DNA of 43,954 nucleotides from an uncultured Desulfobacterales bacterium (GTDB taxonomy: Bacteria; Desulfobacterota; Desulfobacteria; Desulfobacterales; Desulfatirhabdiaceae). A model generated the notes under the pieces. It made no database searches and was not told where the DNA came from. It was given only the letters and a program-made list of their open reading frames with translations. A program made the position numbers and the translations under genes. Location of the stretch: positions 1-43,954 of the forward strand of contig CAYQKZ010000002.1 in assembly GCA_964418135.1 (NCBI GenBank), in the 5' to 3' direction. This document shows positions 9,701-15,840 of this stretch, in pieces. Numbering within the stretch: position 1 is the stretch's first letter; every line of letters starts with the position of its first letter.

Positions 9701-10061
9701 GCTTGTCTGTGCCGATTTCAAACCGCAGGACTTTGTATTGACCAGCAAACTGTTGAAAATCTTTACGAATCCAATTATCCTGCAAGTGATCCAGAAGATA
9801 CTCATTTTCTGCAATGGCGGCAATCACCGCCATCAGATGGGATTTACCCGTGCCGTAACTGCCCACAATCTGAATGCCAAATGTCTCGCCGGATGGAACA
9901 ACCGCAAGATTCCGGACAACGACTTCCCGGATATTTTCTTTGATTTTCTGAGAGAAAACATATTGTTTGACCAAACTTGCGGCCTGGTCCATATCGGATG
10001 ACTGCACTAGTTTGATCACCGACGTAATGGGACTGAATTGGATCAAATCACGATATTTCAT
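6798..10061 (-). CDS. large P-loop NTPase of the BrxC/PglY-like (DUF499/DUF6079-like) class, orphan
   Basis: ORF 6798..10064 begins with TTG. The adjacent ATG at 10061 gives MKYRDLIQFSPITSVIKL, with GGAG 9 nt upstream. Walker A GSYGTGKS is at nt 9840-9863, Walker B-like is HLLVVIDELLEYL, and a long helical C-terminal region ends ...KERSKVRMIYL. N-terminal layout resembles BREX BrxC-type ATPases. Confidence 0.65.
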   Translation of the reverse strand: MKYRDLIQFSPITSVIKLVQSSDMDQAASLVKQYVFSQKIKENIREVVVRNLAVVPSGETFGIQIVGSYGTGKSHLMAVIAAIAENEYLLDHLQDNWIRKDFQQFAGQYKVLRFEIGTDKPLKDVVFAHLERFLKTLRIQFKFDESSSFSWKTQIQQMMAEFEEAFPNQHLLVVIDELLEYLKSRSLMELGNDLMMLRQLGEMCDHSRFKLMFGVQELLYRAPEFQHLADMMNKVVDRYSDLVITKEDVSFVVKERLLKKNKHQKSQIRRHLSDFTHLFEDMRNRFNEYVAMFPVHPRYIRHLERIKFGKSQREILKVLSFDFAEMIDTDVPTRAPGLITYDRYWKELCSSMNTIPDIRQVKDISEVIHDKIQKYFTGTLSNKKPAAIAIADALCLSILYDDLDKKNGAGVQSLCDDLCITLPEVNDAELLLVNVDTIAKQLVAATSGQYVGINDQTHEFYIRVEGDRNLDQDIKDYAEQVLARSAEQSDAFFFDFLQHIILINQKSCRQGYKIFEHSLNWLDKKSYRLGYIFFGNPNERSTTEPIQEYYIFFCPLFSMIAINDVSDEVYFDLSDLSDDFKNAIYLFGAAKALEGSAPSNQKAAFREKVNTLLNRSTALFETEYIEKTRVVYNGQTKPLKSFPLLAECSTKEQVFSGIAAHLLTPHFNDKYPHYPAFKELNHPISKDNTSPRIPAEVIKTLFEFLGLPDLTAELENSEAYIQIATKVKEMVDRIVKAKTLAASGIKCRDIALIPDEQIQAHQTALDRLLTTLDQIQPYNTIGKLKNLPFSSDQLKEIFSAYQLCPKIEQLHDLSQNISKLVTYLAQAISYLPTSEQPLYDDMQKAVNQLPEYLASGDKAEIGRYETALKFLIDRYADYYMSCYTRCRLFRESVLQKENILKSDNKRICDIVRDADFLSASEYTTWLNIVTSLTSGDEAVTKDRVKEYPYHDFNPKEHIGNPVYNMADLEERLQGILDKWINAMRAIFKDPSVTSNLDLLNTDDRALVENFRNGACDLTVANATTLRDLISTLSRGIESVELTADTFKSIFSNPLTPSEAIAALTERINSLCQGKERSKVRMIYLDRP

Positions 10062-10080
10062 CAATGCTTTCTCCGTCTAT

Positions 10081-10127
10081 GGGGAGGGAACATAAGGAAA
10101 GTGTAGATTATGCCCGTTCGCAGTATA
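10081..10127 (+). repeat. interspersed repeat family B, copy 1 (core AGATTATGCCCGTTCGCAGTATA)
   Basis: The 23-nt core at 10105-10127 recurs exactly at 10865-10887. It also recurs in inverted form with one mismatch at 10787-10808. The flanking GGGGAGGGAACATAAGGAAAG resembles the reverse complement of 10809-10830. Confidence 0.85.
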
Positions 10128-10413
10128 CATCGGCATCGGTTCGGATCCTGATTACGATATAAAGATTCATGGGTTTCTTCTTTCTTCTGTTTGCCGGTCA
10201 ACACCTCACATGTAATCATTCACCCCTCCCCCCAGCGGGGAAATGTCTGGAGGATGGTAATATTCTGAATTTTATAGAACGTCGGCAAAATATATTCAAT
10301 ATAAAGCTGCACATCTTCAATTGTCATGGACTTGGTAATTTCTTAGGATAACGCGCCCGAATGCATTATCTTGAAAGCAATATATTGTCTCAGCAATGAA
10401 AACCGCTTCAATA

Positions 10414-10442
10414 TTGACAATTATAACCCTTATAATTACACT
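10414..10442 (+). promoter_or_regulatory. sigma70-type promoter candidate (TTGACA-17 nt-TACACT)
   Basis: Perfect -35 TTGACA at 10414-10419 and a -10 TACACT at 10437-10442 with a 17-nt spacer. No CDS follows. It would drive the hairpin/terminator unit at 10488-10645. Confidence 0.3.
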
Positions 10443-10567
10443 TCCACCATGATAAGGTGATTTTCAACAAACAATACAAAGAATATCAGTTCCGTAGGAA
10501 CGGCAGAACATCTGTACCGAATATGTTGTTCAGCGTATCCATTCATCATTTGCCTTTCAATGTGGCT

Positions 10568-10645
10568 TTTTCTGTTGTTCCTACGGAACTTGTTACACTT
10601 GTTTGGCATTTAGCCCGGCAATGAATTGCCGGGCTATTTTCGATT
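10568..10645 (+). repeat. interspersed repeat family A, copy 2
   Basis: TTTTCTGTTGTTCCTACGGAACTT plus the exact 32-nt CCCGGCAATGAATTGCCGGGCTATTTTCGATT (10614-10645). It is in direct orientation relative to copy 1, about 4.08 kb away, and the two copies bracket the BrxC-like gene. Confidence 0.85.
10614..10645 (+). terminator. Rho-independent terminator candidate (identical copy of 6536-6567)
   Basis: Same hairpin CCCGGCAA-TGAA-TTGCCGGG followed by CTATTTTCGATT. No protein-coding gene lies upstream on this strand. Confidence 0.4.
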
Positions 10646-10786
10646 ATCTCTACGAGATTCGATTGGGGGGGCTTGGTTATATTTTAGCCTTTGTATTCCT
10701 CATCCCTTAACGGTATATCGATAATTACTGCTTCCCTAAAAAGCTGCAAACACACAGGCTTTGGAATTTTCTCTCCATCGGATCAC

Positions 10787-10887
10787 TATACTGCGAAAGG
10801 GCATAATCCTTACTTTCCTCCCTCTCCCAGCGGGGGAGGGTTGGGGTGGGGGTTCAAATAGTTAAGATTATGCCCGTTCGCAGTATA
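10787..10887. repeat. inverted pair of family B cores enclosing a GC-rich hairpin (MITE-like unit)
   Basis: TATACTGCGAAAGGGCATAATC (10787-10808) and GATTATGCCCGTTCGCAGTATA (10866-10887) are reverse complements with one mismatch. The 57-nt spacer contains CCCTCTCCC-AGC-GGGGGAGGG. Confidence 0.8.
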
Positions 10888-10889
10888 TT
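10862..10889 (+). promoter_or_regulatory. weak sigma70-type promoter candidate for the archease-MTase-rtcB operon (TTAAGA-16 nt-TATATT)
   Basis: TTAAGA at 10862-10867 and TATATT at 10884-10889, 64 nt upstream of ATG 10953. Both boxes lie inside the family B repeat core. Confidence 0.25.
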
Positions 10890-10952
10890 TTCAATAATGC
10901 AAATTGCCTAACCCTTTGAAACAGCATGTCTTGATACAGGACTCTCGATAAC

Positions 10953-11366
10953 ATGACATACAGACGAATCGACCCCACCGCAGACTGCGGCATCGAGGTG
11001 TGTGGGGCGGATATCAAATCTCTTTTCGAAAATGCCGGCTTGGCCCTTTTCGACCTGATCGCCGACAGCGACCGGGTGAAACCCGCCATGGAATGTTCCA
11101 TTCAGGTAGGAGGATCGGACTGGGCCGATCTCATGATCAACTGGCTGCGGGAGCTGCTGTATTTCTGGACCGGCACGGAACGGCTGGTAAAAGAGATTGA
11201 TGTGATGGAAATTCATGAATTCCAGTTATCCGCAACCATCCGCCTTGAACCTTATGATGCCGATCGCCATCGCCTGAATCATGAAATCAAGGCCGTCACC
11301 TATCACCGTATTCAGGTCCGCCCATCCCCTGAAGGCTGGGAAGCTATTGTCATTTTTGATGTTTAA
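10953..11366 (+). CDS. archease (RtcB activator family)
   Basis: 137 aa. The N-terminus YRRIDPTADCGIEVCG matches the conserved archease TAD motif. The C-terminus HEIKAVTYHRIQV...IVIFDV is typical of archeases. It lies in an operon with rtcB. Confidence 0.85.
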   Translation: MTYRRIDPTADCGIEVCGADIKSLFENAGLALFDLIADSDRVKPAMECSIQVGGSDWADLMINWLRELLYFWTGTERLVKEIDVMEIHEFQLSATIRLEPYDADRHRLNHEIKAVTYHRIQVRPSPEGWEAIVIFDV

Positions 11367-11386
11367 TTCAAGCAAAGGATCACATT

Positions 11387-12517
11387 GTGATTACCACCGA
11401 ACACCAGATTATTTTCTGCAATGCCAAAAAGATTTCCGCAATTCCGGATCAGTCTATCGATCTGGTGGTCACGTCCCCCCCCTATCCGATGATCCAGATG
11501 TGGGATGAACTCTTTGTATCCCTTTCGGCTCCCATCCAGCAATCGCTGGAGACAGGAAAAGGGAACACGGCATTTTCCCTGATGCACAAAGAGCTTGATG
11601 CCGTCTGGACAGAGATGTACCGGGTACTCAAGAACGGCGCCTTTCTTTGCATCAATATCGGCGATGCCGTACGGACCATCAATGACAAGTTCCAGTTATA
11701 TTCCAATCATTCCCGAATTGTTTCTTTCTGTACAAGTATAGGCTTCGATGCCCTGCCCGCCATATTGTGGCGCAAACAGACCAATGCACCGAACAAATTC
11801 ATGGGCTCCGGGATGCTTCCGGCAGGTGCCTATATCACGCTGGAGCATGAATTCGTTCTGGTGTTTCGAAAAGGCAACAAGCGCCGTTTCAGTTCCGACA
11901 CGGAAAAAATGGCCCGTATGGAAAGCGCCTTTTTTTGGGAAGAGCGCAATAAATGGTTTTCGGATATCTGGGATTTCAAGGGAACAACCCAGAAACTCAA
12001 GAACGACAACGTGCGGCTGCGGAGTGCGGCCTACCCCCTGGAACTGGCCTACCGGATGATCCTTATGTACTCACTTCAAGGAGATACGATTCTGGATCCG
12101 TTTCTGGGTACGGGCACCACCACCCTGGCCGCCATGGCATCCTGCCGGAACAGTTTCGGGGTCGAATTGGACAACGGGTTCAAAGAATTGATTCTGGATC
12201 AGGCATTGAACTGCCGGGATTTTCTCAACGCCCGTACATTCGAGCGGATCACGTCGCACCGCAATTTCATCGATGAATGCAAAACCCGGGAAAAAGATTT
12301 GAAATATGTCAGTGTCCATCATGGATTTCCGATCATGACGCGGCAGGAAATCAACATCCTCCTTCATCAAATCAGTGAAATCAAGATCGATCCAATGAAC
12401 AGGATACGGGTAACGTACAAGAAGATAACTGAAGCCCCTACACCGCCCCGGGATGAAAAACCGATCCAAAAAGTACACCGTTCACCCATATCCAAACAGC
12501 AGTCTCTGGGGATTTAA
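11387..12517 (+). CDS. beta-class N4-cytosine/N6-adenine methyltransferase-fold protein (PF01555-like) with a C-terminal extension of about 100 aa
   Basis: GTG start 20 nt after the archease stop. Motif IV SPPY (nt 11474-11485) precedes motif I DPFLGTGTT (nt 12095-12121), which is beta-class order. HEFVLVFRKG and AAYPLELAYRMI segments are typical of the family. Stop lies 11 nt before rtcB. Confidence 0.8.
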   Translation: MITTEHQIIFCNAKKISAIPDQSIDLVVTSPPYPMIQMWDELFVSLSAPIQQSLETGKGNTAFSLMHKELDAVWTEMYRVLKNGAFLCINIGDAVRTINDKFQLYSNHSRIVSFCTSIGFDALPAILWRKQTNAPNKFMGSGMLPAGAYITLEHEFVLVFRKGNKRRFSSDTEKMARMESAFFWEERNKWFSDIWDFKGTTQKLKNDNVRLRSAAYPLELAYRMILMYSLQGDTILDPFLGTGTTTLAAMASCRNSFGVELDNGFKELILDQALNCRDFLNARTFERITSHRNFIDECKTREKDLKYVSVHHGFPIMTRQEINILLHQISEIKIDPMNRIRVTYKKITEAPTPPRDEKPIQKVHRSPISKQQSLGI

Positions 12518-12528
12518 GGAGGACAGCC

Positions 12529-13968
12529 ATGGCTATTTCACTCAAACAGATCGACAATTACCGGTGGGAAATCCCGCAAACCGGCGACATGCGGGTGCCG
12601 GGCAGGATATATGCCAGCAGTTCCCTGCTGGCCGCCACCGACAGCCAGGAAGCCTTCACCCAGGTGGTCAATGTGGCCACCCTTCCGGGAATCGTCGGCG
12701 CATCCCTGGCCATGCCGGATATGCACTGGGGATATGGATTCCCCATCGGCGGTGTGGCGGCCTTCGACTGGGAAACCGGGATTATTTCTCCGGGAGGGGT
12801 AGGATACGACATCAACTGCGGCGTACGTCTGGCCGCCACATCCTTGATGGAATCGGAGGTCCGGCCCAAACTTGAATCGCTGGTCAACGCGCTGTATCAG
12901 AATATTCCCTGTGGGGTGGGATCGACCGGGTCGGTCAAATTGACGGCATCCGATGAAAAACAGGTGCTGGAAACCGGCAGCCAGTGGCCTGTCCGCAACG
13001 GCATGGGCGAGGAATCCGACCTGGATCATACCGAAGATGGCGGCTGCCTGCCCGAAGCGGATCCGTCTGAAGTCAGCCAGCGGGCCATGGATCGGGGGAA
13101 AAAACAACTGGGCACCCTTGGCTCCGGCAATCATTTTCTAGAGGTCGGTGTTGTGGATACTATTTTCGACCCGGACATCGCCAGGGGCTTCGGTATCTTC
13201 GAAGGGCAGGTGACGCTGATGCTGCATTCGGGTTCCCGTGGTCTGGGGTATCAGGTCTGCGACGATTACCTGGCGATGATGAACAAGCTGTCCCACACAC
13301 TCGGATTCAAACTGGCGGACCGGCAACTGGCCTGTGCCATGATCAACTCCGAGGAGGGCAGGCGCTATTTCAAGGCCATGGCCTGTGCCGCCAACTATGC
13401 CTGGGCGAATCGTCAGATTCTGATGCACCACAGCCGGAGAATCATGGAAAATGTTCTGGGAATCGGGCCGAAAAACCTGGGCTTTCGTCTAATCTATGAC
13501 GTCTGTCACAATATCGCCAAAAAAGAAATCCATGAAATCGACGGAAAGTCTCGGGTGCTTTGTGTTCACCGCAAAGGAGCGACCCGATCTTTTCCGGCTG
13601 GGCATCCTTGCCTGCGCGGAAATTATCGCCACATCGGCCAGCCGGTCATCGTACCCGGAGATATGGGAACGGCATCCTACATTCTGGTAGGAACCGACAA
13701 CGCCATGAAAGAGACCTTCGGATCCACCTGCCACGGTGCCGGCCGGGTATTAAGCCGGACTGCTGCCCAGAAAGCCAGCAAGGGCCGCTCGATTCATCGG
13801 GAACTCGAAGACAAAGGTATTCTGGTGCGGTGGACTGGCCGATCGACACTGTCCGAAGAAATGCCCGATGCCTACAAAGATGTTTCTCAGGTAGTGGAAG
13901 TGGTTCACGGAGCCGGTATTTCGCGGAAAGTGGCGAAGCTAAGACCGATTGCTGTGGTGAAAGGTTAG
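12529..13968 (+). CDS. rtcB: RNA 3'-phosphate/2',3'-cyclic phosphate ligase RtcB
   Basis: 479 aa with hallmark RtcB segments: GYDINCGVRL, LGSGNHFLEV, HSGSRGLG, a CHNIA-type region and STCHGAGR. Confidence 0.95.
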   Translation: MAISLKQIDNYRWEIPQTGDMRVPGRIYASSSLLAATDSQEAFTQVVNVATLPGIVGASLAMPDMHWGYGFPIGGVAAFDWETGIISPGGVGYDINCGVRLAATSLMESEVRPKLESLVNALYQNIPCGVGSTGSVKLTASDEKQVLETGSQWPVRNGMGEESDLDHTEDGGCLPEADPSEVSQRAMDRGKKQLGTLGSGNHFLEVGVVDTIFDPDIARGFGIFEGQVTLMLHSGSRGLGYQVCDDYLAMMNKLSHTLGFKLADRQLACAMINSEEGRRYFKAMACAANYAWANRQILMHHSRRIMENVLGIGPKNLGFRLIYDVCHNIAKKEIHEIDGKSRVLCVHRKGATRSFPAGHPCLRGNYRHIGQPVIVPGDMGTASYILVGTDNAMKETFGSTCHGAGRVLSRTAAQKASKGRSIHRELEDKGILVRWTGRSTLSEEMPDAYKDVSQVVEVVHGAGISRKVAKLRPIAVVKG

Positions 13969-14107
13969 GATAAATTTATAGTTTCATAGCGAAAATCTTA
14001 CCGATTTGCAGAAATGCAGCGTCCAGATGTGATGGCCCCGAGATGCCAATCTTCTTATGTGGATTATATCTCGTTGAATTAATAATTAAATAAAAAGCCA
14101 TAACTTA

Positions 14108-14428
14108 TTGGCCTATGCGGCCGCGTACGGAGGCGCTGATTTTCCGAAACCATCAACAGCCGTCATTGCTTATACCGGTCAGTCAAGCTTCTCCGAAGAT
14201 TCTCCGCCAACGTTTATAACGGTCAGCGCAAATGACAGTATCGTGAATGTCTCTTCTGTCGATAGGCGGGTAGAGAATCTACGAAACGCTGGAGTGGAGG
14301 TCGAATATCGCAGATACAAAACTGCTGGTCACGGATTTGGGATTGGTACAGGCGCCGATACCGATGGGTGGTTGAATCTTGCCCTTCGGTTCTGGGAAAA
14401 GCACATGAACGCAACCATCAGTCGCTGA
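14108..14428 (+). pseudogene. C-terminal remnant of an alpha/beta-hydrolase (esterase/lipase-type)
   Basis: The 106-aa ORF starts at TTG. It retains the acid and His regions (PPTFITVSANDSIV, AGHGFGIG). The N-terminal two thirds, including the GxSxG nucleophile elbow, are absent. AT-rich junction sequence lies immediately upstream. Confidence 0.55.
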
Positions 14429-14618
14429 TATGGGAATTGAGAAGGGAGAAAGTATGAAAAAATTTACAAAAATTGTCACAACGCTGATCGTCGCAATGGT
14501 TTGTACCGCGAGTATTTTCGAAGCGATGGCCATGAAAACGAAACATTAAGTGCCCGGCAAAAAAAAATGATTCCCATTTCGGCATACAAAGAAAACAATT
14601 TCTTCCTCGTAGAGAAAT

Positions 14619-15686
14619 TTGACTTTCTCACCAAAGCTGATTTTCTACATCTCCAAATACCCCATCACCGAAGATGTTTTAGTCGAAATCACAAATTCCT
14701 TTTCGAATGACAGAGAATGTAAATGTATCGGGCAAGATGACAAGGCAGTTGATATTATGGGAAATGAAAATCGCAAATGCGATGTATGTATAAATATTTT
14801 TGGCAAGTATTATCAAACTCTGGTTTCATTAAAAACGCTGCTCCTTTATAATAAGCAATTTATTGATAAGATATATTTAATACGTGAAAAAAAGCAGCCA
14901 GAAAGTTTTAATATCAATTGTCTAATAAAAGAGTTGGGACATGACAATATTGAAGTATATACTCCGAAACACTTCTTTGGATTGAAAACACGATACTCAA
15001 TAAAAGGCTTTCGTATCAGAAAACAAAAAAAATTCACGTATGATTTTGATTTTAAAAAAATTAAATATAATCAACGATATCGGCATTCACTTAGATATCA
15101 ATATCCATTGGAAATATCGAATTCAAAATATATGTTCATTATGCATAATGATGTTGTTTTTCATAAAAATTTTCTGGATTCAATGATGGAAGAAATCGAC
15201 AATGGAAATATTGGTGTAGGCTCAATTGGACAATGCTGGAACTGCCCTCTTTCATTTGCAGGTGTTTGTGATGGTAATATTATACAGACACTTAACTTAT
15301 CATATGAACAAATATGTTCATATGTAACACAATTTAAGTCGCCAAGAACTACCGTTAGTCTAATAAACAAAGATATTCCTCTTCCAATGCCAGAATGTCG
15401 TCTTAATGAGTGGGTTTCAATGATAAATTGTTATGAATACAGGAAAATAACGATCCCATTTGGCACATTGCCTCCTTTAGGTGTAATGGGACTCGACATA
15501 GGTACAGATTTTTATAGAGAAGCTATACTTATAGGAAAATTATTTAAGAACGTTAATATAAAAGAATATGCCACACATAGCTTTTTTTCTGAGGGACGCG
15601 GTGGGAATAGAGCTCTTTTTAATAAAGATTTATATTTGAATGAAGAAGAGGCTGCAAAAGCATATCTTCTAAACCTAACAAACTGA
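14619..15686 (+). CDS. hypothetical Cys-rich GT-A-like (family-2-like) glycosyltransferase candidate in a strongly AT-rich islet
   Basis: ORF opens at TTG 14619; the first ATG is 14757 (MGNENRKCDVCINIFGKYYQTLVSL). YMFIMHNDVVFHKNFLDSMMEEI resembles the DxD region of GT-A enzymes. There is also a CWNCPLSFAGVCDG Cys cluster. Base composition is very different from the flanks. Confidence 0.4.
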   Translation: MTFSPKLIFYISKYPITEDVLVEITNSFSNDRECKCIGQDDKAVDIMGNENRKCDVCINIFGKYYQTLVSLKTLLLYNKQFIDKIYLIREKKQPESFNINCLIKELGHDNIEVYTPKHFFGLKTRYSIKGFRIRKQKKFTYDFDFKKIKYNQRYRHSLRYQYPLEISNSKYMFIMHNDVVFHKNFLDSMMEEIDNGNIGVGSIGQCWNCPLSFAGVCDGNIIQTLNLSYEQICSYVTQFKSPRTTVSLINKDIPLPMPECRLNEWVSMINCYEYRKITIPFGTLPPLGVMGLDIGTDFYREAILIGKLFKNVNIKEYATHSFFSEGRGGNRALFNKDLYLNEEEAAKAYLLNLTN

Positions 15687-15752
15687 ATCAATATATGATT
15701 TTACAAGGATAGAGAACCCGCGAATGGATGTTCACTGATGGTTTTGATAACC

Positions 15753-15840
15753 GAAAATTGACCACCCTGGGTGTATTGATTCCCCCGACGGGGCTGATGG
15801 GAAAGGTCGAACCGTTAAGCGACCTTTGTGGTCAATTTTC
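15753..15840. terminator. nested-hairpin element in a convergent intergenic region (possible bidirectional terminator or MITE)
   Basis: Perfect 13-bp inverted repeat GAAAATTGACCAC (15753-15765) / GTGGTCAATTTTC (15828-15840). It encloses an 8-bp hairpin AAAGGTCG (15802-15809) / CGACCTTT (15820-15827) and a CCCC-CGAC-GGGG hairpin. It lies between the stops at 15686 (+) and 15874 (-). Confidence 0.35.

Larger units (their letters stand above)
10445..10645 (+). ncRNA. candidate structured small RNA (unclassified): 21-bp closing stem, 61-nt loop, intrinsic-terminator-like 3' end
   Basis: Arms 10488-10508 and 10570-10590 pair over 21 positions (19 Watson-Crick plus 2 G-U). The wobble pairs form only in plus-strand RNA. 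A terminator-like hairpin with T-tract (10614-10645) lies downstream and a promoter-like element upstream. No ORF is present. Confidence 0.25.

Noticed and set aside
10220-10327. 35-codon minus-strand ORF MTIEDVQLYIEYILPTFYKIQNITILQTFPRWGEG
   Set aside because: It is too short, has no clear RBS and runs into the CCCCAGCGGGG repeat. It is possibly the stump of a disrupted small gene, but I cannot assign a family.
10414-10436. Consensus-looking TTGACA ... TATAAT pair
   Set aside because: The spacer is only 11 nt, which is incompatible with sigma70 geometry. The alternative TTGACA-17-TACACT is kept only as a low-confidence candidate.
10065-10952. Possible CRISPR array or leader, because of repeated 22-32-nt sequences
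   Set aside because: The copies are few, irregularly spaced, partly inverted and belong to two different families. There is no regular repeat-spacer periodicity and no cas genes.
10700-10952. Sigma54 promoter upstream of the RtcB operon, as in E. coli rtcBA
   Set aside because: No GG-N10-GC (TGGCAC-N5-TTGC) match was found by eye, and no RtcR-like activator gene is in the window.
6798-12517. Reading the BrxC-like ATPase plus the nearby methyltransferase as a minimal BREX system
   Set aside because: The methyltransferase is a small beta-class SPPY enzyme, not a PglX-type (about 1200 aa, NPPY) protein. It is operonic with archease and rtcB on the opposite strand, and PglZ is absent. The idea remains only as a remote possibility within the BrxC finding.
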